From the NCBI GenBank assembly GCA_019745975.1, contig JAIESQ010000002.1, forward strand, positions 26,595-90,594: a stretch of DNA of 64,000 nucleotides. Direction: 5' to 3'. The stretch comes from Pirellulales bacterium (lineage in GTDB: Bacteria; Planctomycetota; Planctomycetia; Pirellulales; JAEUIK01). Positions 43,430-52,823 of this stretch are shown here, one piece after another; position 1 is the first letter of the stretch; each line of letters opens with the position of its first letter. Both the position numbers and the translations under genes were made by a program. The notes under the pieces were generated by a model. The model was not told the DNA's origin. It worked only from the letters and a program-made list of their open reading frames with translations, and did not search any database.

Positions 43430-44998
43430 ATGACCATGGTCCGCACGCGCTTCGCTCCCAGTCCGACAGGCTATTTGCACATTGGCGGCGTGCGCACGGC
43501 GCTGTTTTGTTGGCTATTTGCCCGGCGGCACGGTGGGCAGTTCATTCTGCGGATCGACGACACCGACGCCGAGCGCAACGTCGAGTCGGCGCTGGCTCCG
43601 ATTCTGCACGGGCTGCGCTGGCTGGGGATCGACTGGGACGAGGGGCCCGATATCGGAGGGCGCTGCGCGCCGTATTACCAGTCGCAGCGCCTGGCGGGCT
43701 ACCAGGCTGCGGTCGAGAAGCTGCTCGCCGGTGGATTCGCCTATCGCGATTACGCCACAACCGAGGAAATCGCCGCCGAGCGTGAAGCCGCGCAGCGCGA
43801 GAAGCGACCCTTCTTGTACAGCCGTCAGTGGATGGCGGAATCGGCGGCCGACGATGCGCGCTTCACGGCCGAGGGTCGCAAAGCCGTCGTGCGGTTGAAA
43901 ATGCCGCGCGCAGGGTCGCTGGCGATCGACGATCTGGTGCGCGGCCGCGTCGAGTTCGAGTGGGCGCGCGAGCAGGATCACGTGGTGCAACGTGCCGACG
44001 GCACCTGCTTGTACCATCTGGCCAGCGTCGTCGACGATTTCGATTTCGAGATCAGCCATGTGATCCGGGCGGAAGAACACCTGTCGAATACGCCGCGGCA
44101 GGTGTTCATTGCGCAATCGCTTGACTATCCCTTGCCGATCTACGCGCACCTTCCGTTCGTCGCCGAACCAGGGAGCAAGAACAAGCTCAGCAAGCGCAAG
44201 TTGAGCACTTATCTGAAAAACCGTGACTTCGCTCAGGTCTACGAGCACGGCCTGGCGATCGCCGAGCGGCTCGGGCTGGCCACGTCGCTCGATACGTTCA
44301 ATCCCGTGATTGTCGAGTTCTATGAAGCGGTCGGCTACCTGCCGGCGGCGATCGTCAACTATCTGGCCTTGGTCGGCTGGTCGCTCGACGAGCGCACCGA
44401 GTTCCTCTCGCGCGAAGAGCTCATGCAACACTTTTCACTCGACCGCGTCGTGAAAGCGTCGGCCAGCTTCGACCCCAAAAAGCTCTGGGCTTTCCAAGAC
44501 CACTACATGCGTCAACTCGGCACGGCCGAGAAAGTTGATCGCATGTTGCCTTATTTGGTCCGTGCAAAGCTGATTGCCGAACCGGCCAGCGCGGCCGACC
44601 GAGAAAAGCTCGCCCGCATCATCGATGCGGCGGGCGATCGCTTAAAGGTGTTTGGCGACATTCTGGCCTATGCTGACTTCTTCTTTCAAGACGAGATCAC
44701 GTATGAGGCCGACGCCTTCGAAAAGCGCTTGCGAAAGCCAGGTGCCGGGGAATTGTTGGACAAGTATCGAAGCGAACTAGCGACGCTCGCCACCTGGGAC
44801 GTCGCCAGCCTGGAACAAGCGACGCAAGCATTCATCGAAGCGCAGGGAATCAAGATCGGCGACATCATCCATGCCATTCGGGTGGCGATAACCGGGAAGG
44901 GTGTAGGACCAGGGCTCTACGATTGCCTGGCGATCTTGGGGCGGGACACATCGCTGGCGCGGATGCGACGCGCCGTTGAATCAGCCGCGACTCAGTGA
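43430..44998 (+). CDS. gltX: glutamate--tRNA ligase
   Basis: RFAPSPTGYLHIGG (HIGH) and KLSKRK (KMSKS). Confidence 0.95.
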   Translation: MTMVRTRFAPSPTGYLHIGGVRTALFCWLFARRHGGQFILRIDDTDAERNVESALAPILHGLRWLGIDWDEGPDIGGRCAPYYQSQRLAGYQAAVEKLLAGGFAYRDYATTEEIAAEREAAQREKRPFLYSRQWMAESAADDARFTAEGRKAVVRLKMPRAGSLAIDDLVRGRVEFEWAREQDHVVQRADGTCLYHLASVVDDFDFEISHVIRAEEHLSNTPRQVFIAQSLDYPLPIYAHLPFVAEPGSKNKLSKRKLSTYLKNRDFAQVYEHGLAIAERLGLATSLDTFNPVIVEFYEAVGYLPAAIVNYLALVGWSLDERTEFLSREELMQHFSLDRVVKASASFDPKKLWAFQDHYMRQLGTAEKVDRMLPYLVRAKLIAEPASAADREKLARIIDAAGDRLKVFGDILAYADFFFQDEITYEADAFEKRLRKPGAGELLDKYRSELATLATWDVASLEQATQAFIEAQGIKIGDIIHAIRVAITGKGVGPGLYDCLAILGRDTSLARMRRAVESAATQ

Positions 44999-45020
44999 CC
45001 ACCCATTCGGTTAAAGCAAG

Positions 45021-45051
45021 AAACCCGGGCGCCGCAACAGCGCCCGGGTTT
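45021..45051. terminator. rho-independent-type hairpin between convergent genes
   Basis: AAACCCGGGCGC-CGCAACA-GCGCCCGGGTTT is a perfect 12-bp stem with A/T runs on both sides. Confidence 0.7.
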
Positions 45052-45142
45052 CGTCGCATGTTAACCGAAGCAACCGCCCGCTGGTCCTCACGGACTAGCG
45101 CGCCGGCGGCGAACTACTTGTAGCCCTGCTTTTTTCAGGCTG

Positions 45143-46165
45143 CTACTGCGAGTCGGAGTCGCTGTCGCTAGCAGCCGGCTCCTCGGCCTTCTTCTCCTCT
45201 TCGTCGGCTGGCAGCGCGTCGCTGCTCCCTGCCTGCAACAACAGGTTGAGCGTCGTCTCCTGCTCGAACTCGTTGCCCATGAAGTCGCCCGACATGGTCA
45301 GCTTCTGGGTGATGTTCGACCTGACGGTCTTGCCGGCCGCGGCGTCGAAGAGAATCTCGCCGCTACCTTCTTGCTCGGTGAGCTCCATTTCGATGTCAAG
45401 GTCGCCCCCTTCGGCGGGCTCGAAAGCCACCTCGGTCTTGGCGCCGATCTTCTCGAGGACCTTGCCGTCTTGCTCGTCGGTGCCGGCATAGTTGAAGACC
45501 ACGTCGATCTTCTGGGTGCCTAGCGGGCCCATCTTGTTTTCCATCTTCTTGTTCCAGGTGACGCCTTCACCGACGTTCTCTTCAGGCAGCGGCAGAACCG
45601 ACTGTTCGAGCATCTGCTTGATCGAGCTCTCGGTGAACATGCCACCACCCATCATCATCGCCTGGCCGCCGCCACCGCCCCCTTGGCTGAGGGCTTCGAC
45701 GAGCTTCTCGGGCAACTTCACATCGGAGACCTTCCCTTGCTTCGAGACCGACATGCTGAAGTCGCCTTCGAGCATCGCTTCGGCCGGCTTGCCGAGCCGC
45801 TCCCAGACTTCGCCCTCGGGTTTGTTCTCTTTGTCGGCCGAGTCGTACTTGAACTCCCCGGTGAACGGCGTGTTGAGCATCATCTGCAGCCGGTCCACCT
45901 TGAGACCGAGCTCGGCGTTGCCGTCCGACGAGACCGACTTGACCGTCCAGGCGGTATCCATCGTCAGCTTGATCTTGATATCGAGCTCAATGCCGTTGAA
46001 GTCGGCCAGCATGCCCACGCTTTGACGCAAGGCGTAGTTGAGTTTCTCGCCCTGCTTGAACTTCCACTCGAGCTTCTTGTCGGCGCGGGCGGTCGAGGCC
46101 AGGCCAACAGTCAACAGTGCCGCGGCAGCCAGCACGCGCATCGCAAACGGACGAGAGATCGACAT
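45143..46165 (-). CDS. secreted hypothetical protein
   Basis: Signal peptide MRVLAAAALLTVGLASTARA. Lys/Glu-rich body with a Gly/Met tract and an acidic C-terminal tail. Confidence 0.65.
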   Translation of the reverse strand: MSISRPFAMRVLAAAALLTVGLASTARADKKLEWKFKQGEKLNYALRQSVGMLADFNGIELDIKIKLTMDTAWTVKSVSSDGNAELGLKVDRLQMMLNTPFTGEFKYDSADKENKPEGEVWERLGKPAEAMLEGDFSMSVSKQGKVSDVKLPEKLVEALSQGGGGGGQAMMMGGGMFTESSIKQMLEQSVLPLPEENVGEGVTWNKKMENKMGPLGTQKIDVVFNYAGTDEQDGKVLEKIGAKTEVAFEPAEGGDLDIEMELTEQEGSGEILFDAAAGKTVRSNITQKLTMSGDFMGNEFEQETTLNLLLQAGSSDALPADEEEKKAEEPAASDSDSDSQ

Positions 46166-46425
46166 CGCAAGTCACCTTTCTCTGGCGGTACGAAGAGGCG
46201 GTGGTGAAAATTGGCAACAGCGTAAACATACGTCCGGCCAAGGGCGGCAGCAACCGCCCCCAGCCGGCGAAATTCCCCCGCGGAAGCGGTTCTTTTCGGC
46301 TCTCGGCACCCGGCGTCCGGTTGCCAGCATGACTGCCGACCGCGCGAGCCGACCGTTTACTTGTCTGCTACCTGCCCAGGGGGGACAGATCGTCGCGCGC
46401 TGCTGGCTACCGCTGGCAAACACGC

Positions 46426-47919
46426 TCAGCTCAGCACCTCGCGGATCACCCGGCCATGCACGTCGGTGAGCCGCCGGTCGATGCCGTTGTGGCGGAATGT
46501 CAGCCGCTCGTGATCGATCCCCAGTTGATGCAAGACCGTGGCATGTAAGTCGTAGCAGTAAATCGGATTCTCGACGGCCCGAAACGACCACTCGTCGCTG
46601 GCGCCGTAGGTCGTCCCGCCTCGGAACCCACCTCCCGCCACCCACGAGGTAAACGTGTCGGGATTGTGGTCGCGTCCCTTCCCCCCTTGCCGGCATGGCA
46701 TGCGGCCGAACTCAGTCGTCCAGATCACGATGGTGTCGTCCAACAGCCCGCGGTCGGCCAAGTCGCGCAGCAAGGCCGCGGCCGGCTGGTCCATGCTCCG
46801 ACCCATATCAGCGTGGTCGCGCGCGATGTCTTCGTGGCTATCCCAATTGCGCCGCGGAAAGCCGTTGTCGGCGCCGCTCCACACCTGCACGAACCGCACG
46901 CCACGCTCGACGAGCCGTCGCGCGATCAGGCAGTTGCGGCCGAAGTCAGCCGTCACCGGATCTTCGAGGCCGTATGCCCGCTGGGTCACGGCCGTCTCCT
47001 GCGACACATCGAGCACTTCGGGCGCGCTGAGTTGCAAGCGGGCTGCCAACTCGTACGAGGCGATGCGGGCTTCGAGGCGTGAGTCGCCTGAGCGCTCGCG
47101 CAGGTGCTGGCGGTTCAACTCATTGAGCAGCTCGCGTCCCTCGCGTTCGCGATCGAGAGTAAAGTTGCGCTCCGCCGGCGGGAACAGATCCTGAATCGGA
47201 TTCGCCGCGCCGGGGCGAATCATCGTTCCCTGGTGCGCGGCGGGCAGAAAGCCCGCGCCCCAGTTCGCCGGTCCGTTCGGCGCGAAGCCGCGCGAGTCGG
47301 GCAGCGCCACGAACGTCGGCAAGTTCTCGTTCAGGTTTCCCAATCCGTAGCTGACCCACGAGCCCATGCTCGGAAAGCCAGGCAGCACGAACCCGGTCGC
47401 CTGCATGTACGTGGCGGGCCCATGCACCGCCGACTTCGACTGCATCGACGGAAAGAACGTCATGCGATCGACGCACTCGGCCAGGTGCGGCACCAGGCTC
47501 GAAATCCATTTGCCGCACTCGCCATATTGCTGCCAGCTCCAAGGGCTCTTGAAGCACGCGCCAGGCTGACTTTGAAACAGTTCGATCTTCTTGCCGCCGG
47601 GATTGAAGGGCTCGCCGTCGCGCTGGATCAAGAGCGGCTTGTAATCGAATGTGTCGACCTGGCTGGCGGCGCCCGACATGAACAACTGGATGACGCGCGT
47701 GGCGCGAGCCGGGTGATGCCGGCCGCGGCGCGTCGCGTTTGGCGCGGCGTTCACTGCAGAATTGCCGGCTGTCGGCGAATCGTTGTCCGCGGCCAGCAGT
47801 CCTTCGCGATCCAACAAGGCGGCCAGCGCCAATCCGGCAAAGCCGCCGCCGACGTGCGCGAGCAATTCGCGCCGCGAGATCGCGGGTGGCGGTGATACGA
47901 GTGGTCGTGGCACGTTCAA
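46426..47919 (-). CDS. DUF1501 protein with Tat-type signal
   Basis: SRRELLAHVGGGFAGLALAAL leader. VIQLFMSGAASQVD, DHNPDTFTSWVAGGG and YDLHATVLHQLGIDHE blocks. The first in-frame start is TTG. Confidence 0.9.
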   Translation of the reverse strand: MNVPRPLVSPPPAISRRELLAHVGGGFAGLALAALLDREGLLAADNDSPTAGNSAVNAAPNATRRGRHHPARATRVIQLFMSGAASQVDTFDYKPLLIQRDGEPFNPGGKKIELFQSQPGACFKSPWSWQQYGECGKWISSLVPHLAECVDRMTFFPSMQSKSAVHGPATYMQATGFVLPGFPSMGSWVSYGLGNLNENLPTFVALPDSRGFAPNGPANWGAGFLPAAHQGTMIRPGAANPIQDLFPPAERNFTLDREREGRELLNELNRQHLRERSGDSRLEARIASYELAARLQLSAPEVLDVSQETAVTQRAYGLEDPVTADFGRNCLIARRLVERGVRFVQVWSGADNGFPRRNWDSHEDIARDHADMGRSMDQPAAALLRDLADRGLLDDTIVIWTTEFGRMPCRQGGKGRDHNPDTFTSWVAGGGFRGGTTYGASDEWSFRAVENPIYCYDLHATVLHQLGIDHERLTFRHNGIDRRLTDVHGRVIREVLS

Positions 47920-48004
47920 TCGAGTGTTTTGTCAGTGGCTCGTAGTCAGTGCTCCGCGGGTCGTGACAAGCTATTCTCTACACCCTGTCGCAGCACAGCC
48001 AGTT

Positions 48005-48044
48005 GGGGGTCCCCCAGAATAAGATTGTCCGGGAATTTGCGTCC
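48005..48044 (-). repeat. second copy of the 40-bp GGACGCAA...GGGGGACCCCC repeat
   Basis: GGGGGTCCCCCAGAATAAGATTGTCCGGGAATTTGCGTCC lies 86 nt upstream of the DUF1501 start. Extra TGCGTCC boxes lie at 48048 and 48125. Confidence 0.85.
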
Positions 48045-48630
48045 GGGTGCGTCCGGGTGTGTTGCCATTGCTCCCGAACTCGAATCGAGGGCACAACTTG
48101 GGGCCAATGTAACATCGTGAAGTTTGCGTCCGGGTGGGAGAGCCACTTCCCTCTGGTCTCTGGCCTCTCACCTCTGGCCTGTACCTTGGACCTCGCGCAA
48201 AGGCGCGAAGACGCAAAGAACCCATCCGCAGATTTCGCAGAAGATGCAGATTGGCGCGGCGAAACAACGTATCTCATCCGTGGTCACGTGTTTGGAAGTG
48301 TGCGCGCAGGCCGGCGCGCCAGGTCGAGCGCGGACTGGCTGGATTGAGTCGCGCGCCAAAATGCCGCGTAGGCTTACTTATCGCTAAGCCGCGAAGAACG
48401 CGAAGTGGGGGAAATCAAACCGGTAGAAATCGCAGCAAAATCTCTAGTTCGCGCGGCCCAGTACAGTTGCGAGGTCATTTGTTTCGCTGCGTGTTGATCG
48501 TGCGTCTTCTCCGCGAACTCCGCGTCTCCGCGTGCGATCGGCATTTCATCGTTCTTCGCGGCCTTCGCATCTTCGCGGTGAATCGATTTCTCTCGAAACG
48601 TGGTGTTGTTGGCTGCAACAGTCTGTTTAG

Positions 48631-50037
48631 CTACACCACGTCCGGAATCACATACGGCGCGCGGTATTCGCGCCGCAGCAGGGCGTTGGCCTCCGCATTC
48701 GGCTTGCCTTCGGCCGTGAGGCACGTTTCGGTCTGCGGATCGACTAGCAGCTTCTGCCCGCCGAGGCGGTAGCTGATGTTCGCATATTGGCACAACAGCG
48801 TGCTGCGATGACCGTGCTCGATGTCGGCACTCGGCAGTTTGCGCGAGCGGATCGACTGGCAGAAATTCTCCTTGTGCTCGGGATCGGGGAAGGTGCCGTG
48901 CTCCTGGTCGACCAGCACCGGCTGGCGGCTTTTGGGCCGATCGTACACCTGCCAGCCGCAACCGTGCCGACCGACATACATCATGCGGTCGCTGCCGTAG
49001 ATCTCAATCCGCTCGGCGTTTTGCGGCCAGTAGGGGAACAGATCGGGGCGATTGCGCACTTCGCTGTCGCTCTTGATCATGTAAGGCGTATAGAGCGTCA
49101 GCTCGAAGATCATCAACAGGTCGTCGAACTCGTAGACGGCCACCTGCGTGTCGGGCGTTTCAAAAACTCCCTCTTCATCAAAGCGGCCGCCGACCGAGTA
49201 GACGCTCTTGGGATACTCCTTGCCGACCAACCAGCGGGCGAGATCGATCTGATGCACACCGTCGTTGATGATGTCGCCGCCGGAAAACCGCCAGAAGTGA
49301 TTCCAACCGTTGTGATAGTTGGCGTTGTAAGCGGCCGACGGCGCCGGGCCGGTCCACATGTCGTAGTCGAGTCCGCTCGGCACCGGTCCGTCGGCCACCG
49401 GCTTGGCGTTCCCCCAACCCTTCATGTTGAAGACCTTGACCAGATGAATGCGGCCCAATTTGCCACTATCGATATATTCCTTCGCGTGAATGTCGTAGGG
49501 GGCGCTGCGGTTCTGGGTGCCCAATTGCACGATGCGGTTGTAGCGCCGGGCGGCTTCGACCATTTTGCGCCCTTCCCAGGGGGATTGGCTGGCCGGCTTT
49601 TCGACGTACACATCCTTGCCGGCCTGGCATCCCCACACGGTGGCCAGCGCATGCCAGTGATCGGGAGTGGCGACAACGATGGCGTCGACCGCCTTGTCGT
49701 CGAGCACGCGGCGAATGTCTTGCACGGTTTGCGGGGCGCGCCCCTGCACTTCTTCGATCGCCTTGGCGCGCGAGCCGTGCAGCGACGAATCGACGTCGCA
49801 GATGTAAGCCACTTCGCAATCGGGGCGCTTGGCGAAGTCGGGCCCGAGCATGCTGCCACGCCCGCGCACGCCAACGATGCCCAATACGATCTTCTCGTTG
49901 GGCGAGACGGGCTTGGCGCTGGGGGCATCGGCTGCTGCCGCTTGGCTGGCCGCGCTGACGAGCGCTGCGCCAGCCGCCAAACCCAAACCGGCCTGCGACG
50001 AATGAGCCAGAAACTCACGGCGATCGACTGCGGCCAT
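48631..50037 (-). CDS. Gfo/Idh/MocA family oxidoreductase with Tat-type signal
   Basis: ATG 50037 (MAAVDRREFLAHSS...). Rossmann motif LGIVGVRGRGS. Confidence 0.9.
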   Translation of the reverse strand: MAAVDRREFLAHSSQAGLGLAAGAALVSAASQAAAADAPSAKPVSPNEKIVLGIVGVRGRGSMLGPDFAKRPDCEVAYICDVDSSLHGSRAKAIEEVQGRAPQTVQDIRRVLDDKAVDAIVVATPDHWHALATVWGCQAGKDVYVEKPASQSPWEGRKMVEAARRYNRIVQLGTQNRSAPYDIHAKEYIDSGKLGRIHLVKVFNMKGWGNAKPVADGPVPSGLDYDMWTGPAPSAAYNANYHNGWNHFWRFSGGDIINDGVHQIDLARWLVGKEYPKSVYSVGGRFDEEGVFETPDTQVAVYEFDDLLMIFELTLYTPYMIKSDSEVRNRPDLFPYWPQNAERIEIYGSDRMMYVGRHGCGWQVYDRPKSRQPVLVDQEHGTFPDPEHKENFCQSIRSRKLPSADIEHGHRSTLLCQYANISYRLGGQKLLVDPQTETCLTAEGKPNAEANALLRREYRAPYVIPDVV

Positions 50038-50190
50038 CGTAGCCTCCCACCAGCGAAACTGATCACTTGGCACGCCCGAACATCAGGCGCCGCCCTGCGA
50101 AGTAGCGCCACTATGCCGGCAGCGGACGGCGGTTGTCAACGATTTCGTCGTGACCGCAGGGCCATTCACTGTTTCAAGCTAGACCGATTG

Positions 50191-50276
50191 GGGTGCCATG
50201 CTCCACGCTTGCGTGGGCATGCACGAAGTCGTCGCCGCATGCCCACTTCGGAGTACCTTCAGTGGGCATGGCACCC
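50191..50276. repeat. compound palindrome of the GGGTGCCATGC family
   Basis: The ends are GGGTGCCATG...CATGGCACCC. Inner hairpins are CATGCTCCACGC/GCGTGGGCATG and CATGCCCACT/AGTGGGCATG. Confidence 0.85.
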
Positions 50277-50349
50277 GACTTTCTGTCTCATCCAGATTGA
50301 CGAAGTGCGGAGCTCTGGGAGCGACCGCGAAACGCTTGCCGCTCGCCCG

Positions 50350-51804
50350 CTACGCCCACAGCGCGCGGATTGGATCGCCGTAGTAGACGTGGTGCGGGCG
50401 ATCGAGCGCGTCGTGCCAGGCGGCTGTCGCGGGGATGCCGAGATGATCGTAGATTGTCGCGGCCAAGTTCTCGGGCGACTGCGGATCGGCTGCCGGGAAC
50501 GCGCCGATGCGGTCGGACGAACCGATGACCGCGCCACCGCGCGTGCCACCACCGGCGACGAGCACGCTTTGCACGGCTCCCCAATGGTCGCGGCCCGCCA
50601 GCTTGGCGCCAGCGATTTTCGAGATCCGTGGCGTGCGGCCGAATTCGCCCGCCACGACGATCAGTGTCGAATCGAACAACCCCGCGGATTGCAAGTCGTC
50701 GAACAGCGCCGTGAGCCCTTGATCCAATGGCGGCAACAGAAAGTTCTTCAGGTTGGGGAACGCCGCCTGGTGCGTGTCCCAAGTTTCGTTGTTGCCGAGA
50801 TTGACCTGCACGAGCGGCACGCCCGCTTCGACCAGCCGCCGCGCCATCAAGAGCGACCAACCGAAGCTGTTGCGCCCATAGCGCTCTTGCAGAGCATCGT
50901 CGGCCCGCGTGACGTCGAGGGCGGCGCGCACCGCGGGGCTGGCCAACAGCGAGATCGCCTGCTCGCGGTGCCGATCGAACGTGACCGTGGATGCCAGCCG
51001 TTCGAGCGTCGCGCGTTGGCCGTCGATCAACGACAACAGCGACAGTCGATCGAGCACGCGGGCACGGCTCAGCCCTTCGGGGAGCGCCAACTGCGGCGCT
51101 TGGAACACCAGCTCGGCAGGATTCTCCAAGCCACGTTCGTGATGAAACCCGTGCGTTGGAAACGCGCCGTAGGTTTGCGAGTTGTAGGGCGACGCGCCGA
51201 TGAACCAGGGATCGCGCGAATCCCCCATCTGCCCGGCGAACTGCCCCGGGATCACGCGACCGGTGCGATGAATCAGCTTTTCGGGCAACACGGCGGCCGG
51301 CGGCAGATTGTTGCGCGGCCGCACCTGTGAGGCCGCCACCGCCGCGATCGAGGGCCAATCGCTCGGCTTGGGGGCGTTGGGATCGAAGCCCACGGGGATT
51401 TCGCGCCGCCCGCTGAGCATGATCATGTGCCCCTGCGAGTGGTCGTTCGAGGGGTGGGTCAGCGAGCGAATTACCGACCAGCGCTCGCTGCACGCCGCCA
51501 GCCGCGGCAGGTGCTCGCTGATTTGCAGGCCCGAGCTGCGGGTGGCGATCGGGGCGAACTCGCCGCGGAACTCTTCGGGGGCGTCGGGCTTGGGATCGAA
51601 ACTCTCGTGCTGGGCCAGCCCGCCGGAGAGAAAGACGTAGATCACGCTGGTCGGGGTGGGGCTCGCGGACACATCGGTGGGCAGCGGACGCGCGGCGGCG
51701 GCCCGCAGCGGAGCCAGATGATTCGTCCCCAGCCCCAACAGCCCGATCGCGCCAGCCTGCAGGGCCGTGCGGCGTGTGAAGCGCGGATGTTCGAAGGCAG
51801 TCAT
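50350..51804 (-). CDS. DUF1501 protein with Tat-type signal
   Basis: TRRTALQAGAIGLLGLG leader. VIYVFLSGGLAQHESFD and DHWGAVQSVLVAGGG blocks. Confidence 0.9.
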   Translation of the reverse strand: MTAFEHPRFTRRTALQAGAIGLLGLGTNHLAPLRAAAARPLPTDVSASPTPTSVIYVFLSGGLAQHESFDPKPDAPEEFRGEFAPIATRSSGLQISEHLPRLAACSERWSVIRSLTHPSNDHSQGHMIMLSGRREIPVGFDPNAPKPSDWPSIAAVAASQVRPRNNLPPAAVLPEKLIHRTGRVIPGQFAGQMGDSRDPWFIGASPYNSQTYGAFPTHGFHHERGLENPAELVFQAPQLALPEGLSRARVLDRLSLLSLIDGQRATLERLASTVTFDRHREQAISLLASPAVRAALDVTRADDALQERYGRNSFGWSLLMARRLVEAGVPLVQVNLGNNETWDTHQAAFPNLKNFLLPPLDQGLTALFDDLQSAGLFDSTLIVVAGEFGRTPRISKIAGAKLAGRDHWGAVQSVLVAGGGTRGGAVIGSSDRIGAFPAADPQSPENLAATIYDHLGIPATAAWHDALDRPHHVYYGDPIRALWA

Positions 51805-51908
51805 CGGGCCAACCCCGTGGGAATCGGGTCATCGACAGTATAAAGGGTGCGGCCATCGCGACCAACGAATTCCCACGGTCTCGAGGAGAAGTGCCAAGTC
51901 AATTGCGA

Positions 51909-51985
51909 GGGGGACAGGTACATGTTTTCGGCCGCCGCGAGTTAGCAAGGTCGGGTTTGACGAGCCGAAAAATGTACCAGTCCCC
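51909..51985. repeat. GGGGAC-terminated palindromic element, full copy, inverted relative to 4089
   Basis: GGGGGACAGGTACATGTTTTCGGC (51909..51932) and GCCGAAAAATGTACCAGTCCCC (51964..51985). It lies in a divergent promoter region. Confidence 0.85.
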
Positions 51986-52145
51986 GACTTCGCCGTTCGC
52001 CTGGTTCGATCTCGCTTCGCCCGGCGCGGCGGCTTATGATCCTGGGGAGTGACTTGTCGGGAAGGAACCCAGCGCCGGTGAGTTCTCGCCCGGGATCGAA
52101 CCACCAGCGCACACCGCAATCGCACGGCGACGAGAGGAGATCGAG

Positions 52146-52820
52146 ATGTCAGCACTCCGCGGCGTTCTGAATTCGAGCACGCGACGGACCTTCCTGAGTG
52201 GACTGGCCTGGACGGCCGCGGCCTACACCGTGCGCGGCGCCTTTGCCGAAGAGCTGGTGCGCACGCCGCGCCAGACCGAAGGGCCGTTTTATCCCGATCA
52301 TCTGCCGCTCGACACCGACAACGATCTGCTCGTGATCAACGACGCGATCACGCCGGGAGTCGGCCAGATCACGCACCTGACGGGCCGCATTCTCGATGCG
52401 CGCGGTGAGCCGCTTCGCAATGCGCTCGTCGAAATCTGGCAGTGCGACAGCGGCGGCGCTTATCTCCATTCGGGCAGCGGCAATGCCAACCGCCGTGACG
52501 GCAACTTCCAGGGTTTTGGCCGGTTCCTGACCGGCTCGACCGGTGAGTACTATTTCCGCACGATCAAGCCCGTGTCGTATCCCGGCCGCACGCCGCATAT
52601 TCATTTTGCGGTGAAAATCCCCAAGCAGGAGATGTTCACCACGCAGTGTTACGTGAAAGGCGATCCGGGAAACGCCCGCGACTTCATCTACCAGGCGGTG
52701 CGCGATCAAAAGCAGCGCGACGCGATCACGGTCGATTTCGCGGCCATCCCCAACTCGACGATTGGCGAGCTGGCGGCGCGCTTCGACATCGTGCTTGGTC
52801 TCACGCCGCAGCAGGGCTGA
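52146..52820 (+). CDS. intradiol ring-cleavage dioxygenase family protein with Tat-type signal
   Basis: TRRTFLSGLAWTAAAY leader. TEGPFYPD and YPGRTPHIHF motifs. Confidence 0.8.
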   Translation: MSALRGVLNSSTRRTFLSGLAWTAAAYTVRGAFAEELVRTPRQTEGPFYPDHLPLDTDNDLLVINDAITPGVGQITHLTGRILDARGEPLRNALVEIWQCDSGGAYLHSGSGNANRRDGNFQGFGRFLTGSTGEYYFRTIKPVSYPGRTPHIHFAVKIPKQEMFTTQCYVKGDPGNARDFIYQAVRDQKQRDAITVDFAAIPNSTIGELAARFDIVLGLTPQQG

Positions 52821-52823
52821 TGC

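Noticed and set aside
48787-51330. 847-codon plus-strand ORF, the longest in the track
   Set aside because: It is antisense to three well-supported minus-strand genes (Gfo/Idh/MocA and DUF1501). The product is Arg/Gly/Ala/His-rich low-complexity sequence with no motifs. This is a typical shadow ORF of GC-rich DNA.
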